DNA of 28,101 nucleotides from a virus (IMGVR_UViG_3300014656_000103:1-28101); one strand, 5' to 3'. Numbered from the stretch's first letter, positions 17,208 to 25,758 are shown. The notes: a model not told the origin generated them from the letters alone. Translations and numbers: made by a program.

Positions 17208-17268
17208 CTTGTCCCTTTTAAGGGCTAAAAAATTTTAGTCAATCCAGATTGACAAAGGAGGCTCATAG

Positions 17269-17544
17269 ATGATAAAGATATTGAGTGATGAGAAGATAGC
17301 TAAGGCAATCAACGATTCGCCAGAACCTCGCGGCCAGCACTTTGGGCGTCAATATGTTGCTAGTGATGTCAGGGAAGGGCATAGAGCCATCGCCCAAGCC
17401 CAGAACAAGGATACTATCAGGCAGATTATAGAGTGGGGGAATGAAACTTGTCCCCTCGATTTATTTGGGGAAGGAACTCAATGCTTCAAGCACGCTTGCG
17501 ATTTGTGCTGGCAAGAACTTCAATCAGAGGTGACAAAAGAATAG
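17269..17544 (+). CDS. Hypothetical protein
   Basis: AGGAGG RBS; Cys-containing C-terminus. Confidence 0.55.
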   Translation: MIKILSDEKIAKAINDSPEPRGQHFGRQYVASDVREGHRAIAQAQNKDTIRQIIEWGNETCPLDLFGEGTQCFKHACDLCWQELQSEVTKE

Positions 17545-17580
17545 CTAAAGGAGAAGGCGTTCAATTCGCCAAACAGGACA

Positions 17581-17823
17581 ATGAAATACAGAAAAATCCA
17601 TTATGAAGTCATCAATGGCAAGAACTGCCGAGTTGATGACATTGGCGTCGATGACCCCGTGAGGGCAAGACAGAATCGTGAAATGGTTAAAGAGGGCAAA
17701 TATACAGCGTGGTGGAAGGCTTATGAAGAGGACAGAGATGCCCTGCCCGAAGGGGAATTTGAGTCCAAATATGAGACAACTGGCGAGGGGCAAATAGTGT
17801 CAGTTGGCAAGGGGAGGAGATAG
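17581..17823 (+). CDS. Hypothetical protein
   Basis: AGGA RBS; 80 aa. Confidence 0.5.
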   Translation: MKYRKIHYEVINGKNCRVDDIGVDDPVRARQNREMVKEGKYTAWWKAYEEDRDALPEGEFESKYETTGEGQIVSVGKGRR

Positions 17824-17877
17824 ATAATGATAACGTTTGGTTGCTTCCCCCCAACAATGACTAGACAACCAACGGAC

Positions 17878-17906
17878 TTGACAAATGTGTCGGGATGTGA
17901 TATGAT
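17878..17906 (+). promoter_or_regulatory. sigma70-type promoter
   Basis: TTGACA-N17-TATGAT with TGn. Confidence 0.8.
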
Positions 17907-17912
17907 ATGCCC

Positions 17913-18257
17913 GTGACTAAAATTTGGACGGACGGAAGTACAAGTCGGGTTTGTTATGTCTATGAAGGTGGACAACCTGTTGTTATTGAACTGCCCGCCA
18001 AGGTGACAAGCAACGTTGGAGAATATCTTGCTATCATTAAAGCTCTTGAGTCTGCCCTGAGATTAAGGTACAAGAGTATACAAATATTAACTGACAGTGA
18101 GCTAACCGTCAAGCAATATGACAGAAGCTACAAAGTAAAGAAGCCTCATTTGAAGAAGCTCAATCAAGAGTTAAGAAGACTAGCGGGGCAGTTTGAAGAA
18201 TTGGAAATAACTTGGGTACCAAGAGAAGAGAATCTAGCGGGACATGAATTAGATTAG
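17913..18257 (+). CDS. rnhA: Ribonuclease HI (likely GTG start at 17913)
   Basis: IWTDGS, TSNVGEYLAI, ILTDSEL, WVPREENLA motifs. Confidence 0.9.
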   Translation: MTKIWTDGSTSRVCYVYEGGQPVVIELPAKVTSNVGEYLAIIKALESALRLRYKSIQILTDSELTVKQYDRSYKVKKPHLKKLNQELRRLAGQFEELEITWVPREENLAGHELD

Positions 18258-18384
18258 CTTGCTGGTTATCCTAGCAATATGATGTTAGAATATAAAATCC
18301 GTGCGAAGGGTGGGCAAATGAACCGGAGGATGCTAGGAGTTAAAAAGAGCCAGCAAGTTGCTAACAAAAGAGGAGAATTACTGA

Positions 18385-19398
18385 ATGAGCCGAGAAGGGT
18401 TATGGATTGAAGACCCTACAACAGGACAACCAGTTCATGTCTATTATGACGAACTGGAAGAAGAGACCCGCCAACAACTAATCAAGCCTATTGGTGGTTT
18501 CTGCTGGCGAGCAGGGGAATTTGTGCAGGTGCGGATGCCCTCTGTGCCGTTTTATGTCAAGGATTGGTTGCCCCAGCAGGGGAAAGCTATGATATATGCC
18601 CCCCCGAAGTCAGGCAAATCCTACCTAGCCGTTCAGCTTGCTCGTTGCGTTGGTTCTGGAGAGGACTTCCTAGGTATACCCACAACGTCAGGAGTTGTCC
18701 TTTATACTCAGTCAGAGTTCGGCGCAGGCGTCCTGCAAGACCGCCTTTTAAGCACCAAAAAAAGTTATGACAATGTATATGTCGGGACTAACTTTTCGAT
18801 GAAACTAGACACAGAAGGAGGGCAGAGACAATTAAACAAAGCTCTTGAGGCGATTGAACCAAACGTGTTGATAATTGACCCATTATACAAGGCTATGTCT
18901 GGTGACTCAAACTCCGAGAAAGATACAATGATAGTGCTAGACTATCTGGACAGTATAATCGAGGCTTTCAATTGCTCTATCCTAATAATCCACCACCCAG
19001 GCAAGGATATTAAGCGGGGGGGCAGGGGTAGTAGCGTCCAAGAGGACTGGGTTGACAGTTATATCGAAATGAAAAGGACAAGTAAGCAAGGGGAACCGCT
19101 AGGAGTTAGGCTGACCCCCAAGTTATTGAGACATGCTGAACTGCCCCCTGAACCAATAGAGGTGGAAATGAGGGACTTCGAGTTCATGAACGTGGAAGTA
19201 GCTGTGAGCATTAAGCAAGAGGTGGCAGAATTTATTAGGAAACGATGGGCAGTAGCGGGAGATTCTGTTAGTCCTGCCCAATTGTTCGCTGCTGAGATAG
19301 GTTCTAATGCTTCTGTCTTCGACTCCTTGAACGCTTTGGTGAGGGAGGGAGAGGTCGAGAAGGTGAGGAGAGGAGAATATAAATGGATAGGAGGTTGA
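18385..19398 (+). CDS. RecA/DnaB-like AAA ATPase (RepA-type helicase) with C-terminal winged helix
   Basis: Walker A APPKSGKS, 'VLIIDP', 'IIHH', 'RGSS' and a wHTH-like C-terminus. Confidence 0.85.
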   Translation: MSREGLWIEDPTTGQPVHVYYDELEEETRQQLIKPIGGFCWRAGEFVQVRMPSVPFYVKDWLPQQGKAMIYAPPKSGKSYLAVQLARCVGSGEDFLGIPTTSGVVLYTQSEFGAGVLQDRLLSTKKSYDNVYVGTNFSMKLDTEGGQRQLNKALEAIEPNVLIIDPLYKAMSGDSNSEKDTMIVLDYLDSIIEAFNCSILIIHHPGKDIKRGGRGSSVQEDWVDSYIEMKRTSKQGEPLGVRLTPKLLRHAELPPEPIEVEMRDFEFMNVEVAVSIKQEVAEFIRKRWAVAGDSVSPAQLFAAEIGSNASVFDSLNALVREGEVEKVRRGEYKWIGG

Positions 19399-19399
19399 A

Positions 19400-19708
19400 A
19401 TGGAAGCTAAAGCTACTGTGATGGGCAAGGAAATGAGGGAAGTTGGTTATGAGGAAGGTTATCAGGCAGGGATAAAGGAAGTGGAGGGCAGGATAATGGG
19501 ATTTTGGAAATGGTATTTCAAAGGGATACTTACTAAATTAACAGACCCTATGTTCGAGGCGGTGCTTGGGATTTGTACAGCTATATTCTCGTTTGCCTTT
19601 GGGCTTGGTCTTGGTTTATGTGATGGAGTGCCCTTTTTCTGGCTCTTACTTGGTATACCTATCGGGATAACTATTTACGCCCACGCACTATATAGGAGTG
19701 AATCATGA
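19400..19708 (+). CDS. Membrane protein (2 TM)
   Basis: GGAGG RBS; two hydrophobic segments. Confidence 0.55.
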   Translation: MEAKATVMGKEMREVGYEEGYQAGIKEVEGRIMGFWKWYFKGILTKLTDPMFEAVLGICTAIFSFAFGLGLGLCDGVPFFWLLLGIPIGITIYAHALYRSES

Positions 19709-19908
19709 CACCAATCTACATACTCAAATGCCCTGACTGCAAAACTGATGAAGAGATAAAGATGTCCATAGCCACCTTTGAAAACAAGGTAGTGCTCTGC
19801 CCGAAGTGTAGGGAAGTTATGTCTATTTGCTTCCAGCCAGCTTTGATTGTTATGTCGGATAAACCAAGAAAGAAACAGCTCACAGGTTGGAGGAAGAGCA
19901 TATTTTGA
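19705..19908 (+). CDS. FmdB-like zinc-ribbon protein
   Basis: PIY-x-x-KCPDC...CPKC-x-x-x-M. Confidence 0.7.
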   Translation: MTPIYILKCPDCKTDEEIKMSIATFENKVVLCPKCREVMSICFQPALIVMSDKPRKKQLTGWRKSIF

Positions 19909-19962
19909 CACCACCAACCACGCTCACCTGCCCTAGTTGCCCCTTAGTTACCGAGAGTGGAC

Positions 19963-19991
19963 TTGACAAACAGGTGGATTTGTGATATAAT
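19963..19991 (+). promoter_or_regulatory. Consensus sigma70 promoter
   Basis: TTGACA-N17-TATAAT with TGn. Confidence 0.85.
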
Positions 19992-20030
19992 AGTGGTGTC
20001 GATGAAATTAGAGTATGAAAAGGAGGAATA

Positions 20031-20174
20031 ATGTTCATAACTATTGAAGGTTTCGTAGGAGAGGAACCAAAGGTTACTGTGTCTAGTGAAGATAATGATA
20101 CTGTAACTGATGTAACTGACGCATACAAGAAAGCATGCGAAGAGTTAGCCGGAATGAAGGAGGAAGAGTATTAG
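20031..20174 (+). CDS. Short acidic protein (47 aa)
   Basis: AGGAGG RBS; MFITIEGFVGEEPKVTVSSEDND...; stop overlaps the next GTG. Confidence 0.55.
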   Translation: MFITIEGFVGEEPKVTVSSEDNDTVTDVTDAYKKACEELAGMKEEEY

Positions 20175-20902
20175 TGCCAAACGATAAGGGATTTGTGGAC
20201 TCCTCAGCGGAAGCTGCTGTTGGGGGCTACCAAGGAATCAAAAAGGTTAGAGGACTACAAGTCAGTCTAGAGAAGAAACCACCAAGGGACTTCGAGGGGG
20301 AACAAACCTATACTCCAAAGGAACAAATAGAAGTTAAGCTAGAGGACGCCATTATCCTTGAGATGTTCCCAGATGCTGACGATATGGAGTTAACGGATGG
20401 TAAGTTCACCTGCTGGGTTCCTTATGCTGCCGAGGGTAAGTTGCCCCATAAGAATAGCACCTATATGGTTTGCTTCGTTGGGTCTTCAGAGGAACTAGGA
20501 GAAAAGGAAGAGAAGAGGAAGGTCAGACCCTCTGAAAGAAATGGAACTTATGTAACCTTAGAGAGGCAGGATAGGCTCCTGTTCAAGACTAAGGTGAAGA
20601 ACAAGGAAACCGACGAGATGGAGACCAAAGAGATGCGGTCGGCCAACCCAGAGACAGGCATACCCTACTCTAGTGCTTGGTGTTATGTTGCTGATGAAGC
20701 AGCTGATGCAGAGTCGGTGGTAGAATATATTACTGGCTTAGTAATCGGTCTGAACGAGAAGGCTGCCCTGAGGAAACTGACAATGGACAACAAGGCAAAG
20801 CAGTTCCCAGAATACAAAGAAGCTTGTAAGGCTGGAACTTTACCAGACCTATTGGATGTTGAGTTGGTAGACGACAAGTTTGAGAGGACAAATGCAGATT
20901 GA
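20174..20902 (+). CDS. Hypothetical replication-module protein (possibly ssDNA-binding); likely GTG start 20174
   Basis: GGAGG RBS before the GTG; lies upstream of the nuclease and ATPase genes; function inferred from context only. Confidence 0.45.
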   Translation: MPNDKGFVDSSAEAAVGGYQGIKKVRGLQVSLEKKPPRDFEGEQTYTPKEQIEVKLEDAIILEMFPDADDMELTDGKFTCWVPYAAEGKLPHKNSTYMVCFVGSSEELGEKEEKRKVRPSERNGTYVTLERQDRLLFKTKVKNKETDEMETKEMRSANPETGIPYSSAWCYVADEAADAESVVEYITGLVIGLNEKAALRKLTMDNKAKQFPEYKEACKAGTLPDLLDVELVDDKFERTNAD

Positions 20903-21194
20903 AGAGGATGCCCAATTCAGGGCAGAGATAATAAAGAAAATCCGACAGCGCGAATTCAATGAGCGAACAGGGATTCATTCTAGCGACCTAAACTTCTGCC
21001 TGAACAAACAAGCTTTAAGGAAGTCCCAGCCGAAAGAGGACACGGAGCAGGAAGTTCTCATATATTCTATTGGGTGGAGTACGCAGCGATGGCTTACTAA
21101 CAAGGAAGAGGATGTAGAGCCTATTGAGGTTGATGGAATTATTGTTACTGCTGACGCCTTGGCTTGCCCTAATTGTGAGGAAATGATTGATTGA
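20892..21194 (+). CDS. Cas4-like PD-(D/E)xK exonuclease, N-terminal half
   Basis: GIHSSDLNFC...G...VDGIIVTAD (first Cys and motif II Asp); ends ACPNCEEMID. Confidence 0.7.
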   Translation: MQIEEDAQFRAEIIKKIRQREFNERTGIHSSDLNFCLNKQALRKSQPKEDTEQEVLIYSIGWSTQRWLTNKEEDVEPIEVDGIIVTADALACPNCEEMID

Positions 21195-21702
21195 ACTGAA
21201 TGACATCCGTTATGTTCGTGTGCCTAGTGGAGGTACTAAGAAGCAGGTTTATGTAGCTTGTCCTGACTGTGAGTTCGAGCGTTGGATATACAGTACCTGC
21301 TCAGGGCGGTGTCTTTCTTGTGCTAGGAAAGTAGGTGGTATGAAGCTGAGAAAAGGTGTACGTTACCGAAGGCACATTGACGGTTATGTTACCGTTTCTA
21401 TACGTGAGCCTGACCTACTTGCTGCTATGGGAGGTAAGAACCACTGGGTGATGGAACATAGGCTAGTGATGGCAAGGCAACTAGGTCGGGTACTCTCTAG
21501 TGATGAAGTTGTCCACCACCTAAATGGTATCAGGGACGACAACAGATTAGACAATCTCGTGCTTACTACTTTAGGCAAACATGAACACAAAACATTTCAA
21601 GAGGTACAAGCCAAACGTATCAAGGAGTTAGAAGATGAACTGTACCAGATGCAAAGCAAGATTGATACCATACGAGCTGAAAGCAACTTACCAGTCAGCT
21701 AA
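21187..21702 (+). CDS. HNH homing endonuclease (Zn ribbon + HNH) inserted in the Cas4-like gene
   Basis: CPDC...CLSC; VMEHRLVMA...VVHHLNGIRDDNRLDNL; overlaps both flanking half-genes. Confidence 0.9.
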   Translation: MIELNDIRYVRVPSGGTKKQVYVACPDCEFERWIYSTCSGRCLSCARKVGGMKLRKGVRYRRHIDGYVTVSIREPDLLAAMGGKNHWVMEHRLVMARQLGRVLSSDEVVHHLNGIRDDNRLDNLVLTTLGKHEHKTFQEVQAKRIKELEDELYQMQSKIDTIRAESNLPVS

Positions 21703-22084
21703 CAGAGCAATTGAGGACAATGCCCACTGGATAAGACAAGTGGAAGCCCAATGTTATGTCACAGGTACAACAGAAGCGTACCTAACTAGGTTCGAATTGA
21801 TGGGCGACTGGGGGGCAGTCTATCCTAAGGGCAAGACCTCAGAAGAGAAGGACGCCTACCGAGCCAAACACCCAAGACCAACGCTACACGCCTATAAACT
21901 AACTTTCTCCCAAGAGGAAATAGACAAGAATTGGCGGTGGTTTTTGGGGCGCAAAGAGGAGTTCCTGCAAGTTATAGAGACAGGTAAGCTCCTACCCAAA
22001 GCTGCCGCCCTTGCCCCCGCAGGTTCTTATGAATGCCAGCATTGTTCCTACACCAAGGAGTGCGAAGATGGTATTAAACATTAA
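21635..22084 (+). CDS. Cas4-like PD-(D/E)xK exonuclease, C-terminal half
   Basis: AAGGAG RBS; MNCTRC...YELKAT (ExK), 'IRQVEAQCY' and C-terminal ECQHCSYTKEC. Confidence 0.75.
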   Translation: MNCTRCKARLIPYELKATYQSANRAIEDNAHWIRQVEAQCYVTGTTEAYLTRFELMGDWGAVYPKGKTSEEKDAYRAKHPRPTLHAYKLTFSQEEIDKNWRWFLGRKEEFLQVIETGKLLPKAAALAPAGSYECQHCSYTKECEDGIKH

Positions 22085-22322
22085 CCAACGAAAGATACTT
22101 GAAAAACAAAGGATATTTGGTCTTGACCTCGACTTCCCTCATGACGGCTCAGATGTTGACGTTCTAGATAAATTACTACAGCTTCACAAGTTTCTTATTA
22201 GGGCGACTGAGTGCAAAGCTCAATTAATAGGTCGCTTGGAAACCAAGGATGCTACAAGGGTTCGCATTAAAGGATATTACTGGGACAAAGTTTGGGCAGA
22301 GGAGTGTGAAGCCAAATGGTGA
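22068..22322 (+). CDS. Hypothetical protein (likely start 22068)
   Basis: AAGGAG RBS before MVLNINQRK; overlaps both neighbours. Confidence 0.5.
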   Translation: MVLNINQRKILEKQRIFGLDLDFPHDGSDVDVLDKLLQLHKFLIRATECKAQLIGRLETKDATRVRIKGYYWDKVWAEECEAKW

Positions 22323-22996
22323 TGCCCTTGATAATTAGCATATCAGGTCTGCCCAAAAGCGGCAAATCTCATTTGTCAATGACATTTCCCGCACCTCTTA
22401 AGATATTCTCCTTCGACTTGGGGGCAACCTATATTGCCGAGAACAAGTTCGCAGACAAGGAAATTGTCATCAACGAGATAGCCCTGCCTATTATAGAGGA
22501 TGATGATGAACAGTGGGCAGAGCCAATATGGAACGCATTCCGCAGGGAATACAAAGATGATATAGAAAGCGGAAAGTATGAAACCATAGTCCTTGACACC
22601 GCTACGGTGGTCTGGCAAATCTGCCACCAAGCAATCACCGAGGAGAAGAACCGCAAGAAGATGCTTGAGGTCGAGTATATGAAGCCTAACCTCAAGATGT
22701 CCAGCCTGTTTGCCCGTGCTAGAGTCGCTGGAGTCAACCTAGTGACAATACAATATCTCAGAGACAAGTATGTCAAGGGGGATAACACTGGTGAGCTAGA
22801 ACTGGATGGCTGGAAGCGAACTGCGGGCAACGCCGATGTGGTTATAGAGATGAAACGAATGACTCTCGGCGAAGGAGCTAGGGCAAAGAATCTGATGAGG
22901 GCTACCATTGTTGATAACAGGTTTGACAGAGACTTGAACGGAACCTTTTATGATGATACCGATTATAATGAGTTAGTTGCCCTGTTGGGGGTATGA
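22316..22996 (+). CDS. P-loop ATPase, AAA_24/Sak4-like recombination protein
   Basis: Walker A GLPKSGKS, 'FSFDLG', Walker B 'TIVLDT'. Confidence 0.8.
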   Translation: MVMPLIISISGLPKSGKSHLSMTFPAPLKIFSFDLGATYIAENKFADKEIVINEIALPIIEDDDEQWAEPIWNAFRREYKDDIESGKYETIVLDTATVVWQICHQAITEEKNRKKMLEVEYMKPNLKMSSLFARARVAGVNLVTIQYLRDKYVKGDNTGELELDGWKRTAGNADVVIEMKRMTLGEGARAKNLMRATIVDNRFDRDLNGTFYDDTDYNELVALLGV

Positions 22997-23517
22997 TGAA
23001 GAAGTATCAGATAATATATGCTGACCCACCTTGGAGTTGGGAAACTTATTCAAGTAAGGGTAGGAAGAAGACATCTGACAATCACTATCCATTGTTAAGC
23101 CTTGATAAGTTAAAGGCATTAGCAATTAATGAGATTGCTGACAAGGATTGTGTTTTGTTTATGTGGGTTCAGGATGCCCACCTTGAAAACGCATTGATGT
23201 TAGGTAATTCGTGGGGTTTTACTTATAAGACTATTGGTTTTGTGTGGGATAAACAGAACTTTGGAATGGGTTACTGGACACGCAAGGGAGCAGAAATATG
23301 CCTGTTATTTACTAAGGGACATCCTAAGAGATTATCTGCTAGTGTCAGACAGTTCCTATCCGAAAAGGCACGCAATCATTCACAGAAACCAAGTGTGGTT
23401 ATGGATAAAATAGTAGAGCTTATGGGTGATTTGCCCCGCATAGAACTATTTGCCCGTCAGAAAGTAGAAGGTTGGGACTGTTGGGGTAACGAAGTGGAAT
23501 CGGATGTGGAGTTGTAA
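22993..23517 (+). CDS. MT-A70-family N6-adenine methyltransferase
   Basis: IYADPPW, LFMW, WGFTYKT, HSQKP, IELFAR, WGNE. Confidence 0.92.
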   Translation: MMKKYQIIYADPPWSWETYSSKGRKKTSDNHYPLLSLDKLKALAINEIADKDCVLFMWVQDAHLENALMLGNSWGFTYKTIGFVWDKQNFGMGYWTRKGAEICLLFTKGHPKRLSASVRQFLSEKARNHSQKPSVVMDKIVELMGDLPRIELFARQKVEGWDCWGNEVESDVEL

Positions 23518-23621
23518 TGCCTATTGAGTTAGTTCTGCCCATTTGCATGGTAGTCTTTCTCTGTGGGGTTTTCCTAGGATTTTGCATTGGAGCAGGTAAT
23601 GACATTAGAAAGTCTGGCTGA
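23517..23621 (+). CDS. Short TM peptide (34 aa)
   Basis: TAATG coupling; MPIELVLPICMVVFLCGVFLGFCIGAG... Confidence 0.45.
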   Translation: MPIELVLPICMVVFLCGVFLGFCIGAGNDIRKSG

Positions 23622-24054
23622 ACAAGTCAAACAATGCACCCGTTGCGAGTTAAGACAAGGAGCAACACAGCCCGTGATGGGCATTGGTAATGTGAACAGC
23701 AAGTATCTACTCTTAGGGGAAGCACCTGGTAGGAATGAAGACCGTAGCGGAATCCCCTTTGTTGGTCTCGCTGGCAAACGGCTGGACGAATTGCTTGCCC
23801 TAGCTGGGATAGACCCCAACGATTGCTACTTTACCAATGTCTGTAAATGCAGACCGCCAAGCAACAAGACACCGAGGAAGGCTTTCATCAAAGCTTGTTG
23901 GCGGTGGCTAGCGCAGGAGATTAAGCTTGTCCAGCCAGAATATATTGTTACATTAGGAGCGACACCATTGAGTTTGTTTACTGAAACTGGAGTTTCCCAG
24001 CTGCACGGCACAATGTTTACAGCGGAACTAAATATAGAGGAGGAACAGTGTTAA
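23599..24054 (+). CDS. Family-4 uracil-DNA glycosylase, N-terminal part (no HP motif)
   Basis: CTRCEL, GEAPG-x-x-ED-x-x-G-x-PFVG-x-AG, TNVCKCRPP-x-N, C, IVTLG; ends before motif B. Confidence 0.88.
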   Translation: MTLESLAEQVKQCTRCELRQGATQPVMGIGNVNSKYLLLGEAPGRNEDRSGIPFVGLAGKRLDELLALAGIDPNDCYFTNVCKCRPPSNKTPRKAFIKACWRWLAQEIKLVQPEYIVTLGATPLSLFTETGVSQLHGTMFTAELNIEEEQC

Positions 24055-24887
24055 ACCAAAAGGAGCTTCACGAAAAGGTGCTTTACAGCGTAGTCAGGAT
24101 AAGAACCGAAAAGGCGGGCGGCTCAGGGACGGTCATCTACTCCAAGCCAGACCCCAAGAACCCTGAGGAGTATGAGACATTTGTGATGACCTGCGAGCAT
24201 GTTATCGACGATGCCATCAGCACCAAGAAAGAGTGGGACAGCCTGCTCAAGAGAAAAGTAGAAAAGGAATTCAAGCAACAGGTAACTGTGGAAGTATTTG
24301 ACTACGTCCGCTTGTCTACTGTAAATAGTTCTAATTCCCATAGGGCAGAGATTGTAGCCTACGACAAGCACCATGACGTAGCGATACTAAAGCTGGACAG
24401 TCCGAGGCAAATCCAATACGCAGCAAGCATAATTCCAAAGGAGGATATATCAGGAGTCAAACTATTCACCCCGACTTGGACTTCTGGTTGCTCCCTACTG
24501 CATGAGCCTTTTGCCAATCCTGGCTTTGTTACTTACCTCAAAGAGGATATTGAGAACAAGTTATACTGGATGGGCAACGGCAACAGCATCTTTGGAAATT
24601 CTGGGGGGGCGGTGTTCTTGGCAGAGTCGGGGCATCAGATTGGTATTACTGCCCGAATTACTGGTATCCAACTTGGATTCGGTATGGACATCATGACGTG
24701 GATGGGGTTCTTCGTTGCGCCTCAGAGGATATATGAGTTCATTGACGAGCAGGAGCTACAATTCCTTTATGACGATAGCGATACCTACGAAGATGCTATG
24801 GCTCGGCGTAAGGATAAGGAAGATGCTATGAAGATGACAATGCTACGAAAGAAGGGGGTAGATACTGATGATGGGGAGGATGAATAA
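24048..24887 (+). CDS. Trypsin-like serine protease
   Basis: GSG, TCEHV (His), HDVAIL (Asp), GNSGG (Ser). Confidence 0.9.
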   Translation: MLNQKELHEKVLYSVVRIRTEKAGGSGTVIYSKPDPKNPEEYETFVMTCEHVIDDAISTKKEWDSLLKRKVEKEFKQQVTVEVFDYVRLSTVNSSNSHRAEIVAYDKHHDVAILKLDSPRQIQYAASIIPKEDISGVKLFTPTWTSGCSLLHEPFANPGFVTYLKEDIENKLYWMGNGNSIFGNSGGAVFLAESGHQIGITARITGIQLGFGMDIMTWMGFFVAPQRIYEFIDEQELQFLYDDSDTYEDAMARRKDKEDAMKMTMLRKKGVDTDDGEDE

Positions 24888-25116
24888 CAGCCCATATGAT
24901 GAAGATGATGAAGCAAAGACTCCCTCTGAAAACTACTATTGGAAGTGCATCAACGGGCATGAGTTTGACTGTGTCTTGCCCTTTGAGATGAGCTTGCAGA
25001 TGAAATCTAGGGATGGCTCTGTAGTAGTGCTTGGCGCAGTTAATATCTGCCCGATTTGCTACCTAGACTGGATTGGGAGTCATGTGGCTCCAACAGTGAA
25101 GGTGGAATACGATTGA
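24880..25116 (+). CDS. Small putative Zn-binding protein
   Basis: C-x-x-G-H...CPIC; GGGGAGG upstream; TGATG coupling to the next gene. Confidence 0.55.
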   Translation: MNNSPYDEDDEAKTPSENYYWKCINGHEFDCVLPFEMSLQMKSRDGSVVVLGAVNICPICYLDWIGSHVAPTVKVEYD

Positions 25117-25577
25117 TGAAGATATTAGATGCTACATCTGGTAACAGAGCTATGTGGTTTGACAAAAATTGCCCATTAGCAACCTTTATTGACCTTAGGG
25201 AGGAAGTTAAACCAGAGATAGTGATGGATTGTACGAACACAACTTTCCCAGACTACTCATTCGACCTTATTGTGTTTGACCCGCCTCATGTAAACGTAGG
25301 GGCAACCTCGCAAATGGGGCAATCCTATGGGCACTTTACTACAGCAGAGATAAAGGAGCTAGTGCGTAAAGCCTTTGAGGAATTCTATCGTATCCTTAAA
25401 GACAACGGGATAGTCATATTCAAGTGGAACGACCACGACACGAAGCTGGGGACGGTGCTAGACTTAGCCGACCCATTCTTTGCTCCGTTGTTCGGGCAAA
25501 AAGTAGCCTCAAGAACGAAACATAGTTCTTCTACCTATTGGGTTTGTTTGTGTAAGGCGGATTTAGTTGAGGATTAA
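25116..25577 (+). CDS. SAM-dependent amino-methyltransferase (probable DNA N6A/N4C); start 25116
   Basis: ILDATSGNRAMW motif I, FDLIVFDPPH motif IV, IFKWN, PLFG. Confidence 0.85.
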   Translation: MKILDATSGNRAMWFDKNCPLATFIDLREEVKPEIVMDCTNTTFPDYSFDLIVFDPPHVNVGATSQMGQSYGHFTTAEIKELVRKAFEEFYRILKDNGIVIFKWNDHDTKLGTVLDLADPFFAPLFGQKVASRTKHSSSTYWVCLCKADLVED

Positions 25578-25734
25578 AGTAATCGCTCACTACCACCCAG
25601 CAGCCTCTCTCCATCAGCCTAGACTATGGGCAGTGATGTTGAACGATTGGGAGAACTTACCTGAGGAGGTTCCGCATGATTATGTCGTGGTTGCTTGGGA
25701 TAAGGTATTGGAGTTTTTAGTTGAGCAGGTATGA
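25567..25734 (+). CDS. Family-4 UDG C-terminal fragment (55 aa) carrying motif B
   Basis: TTG start after AAGGCGG; MRIKVIAHYHPAASLHQPRLWAVMLNDW...; in frame with polA. Confidence 0.7.
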   Translation: MRIKVIAHYHPAASLHQPRLWAVMLNDWENLPEEVPHDYVVVAWDKVLEFLVEQV

Positions 25735-25758
25735 CAAGGGGTACTACGAGGGGAACGA

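Noticed and set aside
17249-17280. Promoter at TTGACA 17249
   Set aside because: No convincing -10 at 16-18 nt spacing; kept only as part of a palindrome.
20892-22084. CRISPR-Cas locus or group I intron
   Set aside because: No repeat-spacer array or other cas genes. The ORFs overlap with no non-coding space for a ribozyme core, and the C-half has its own RBS.
25732-25734. Genome-wide TGA recoding
   Set aside because: Many genes end at TGA with ATGA/TGATG coupling, so the standard code fits.
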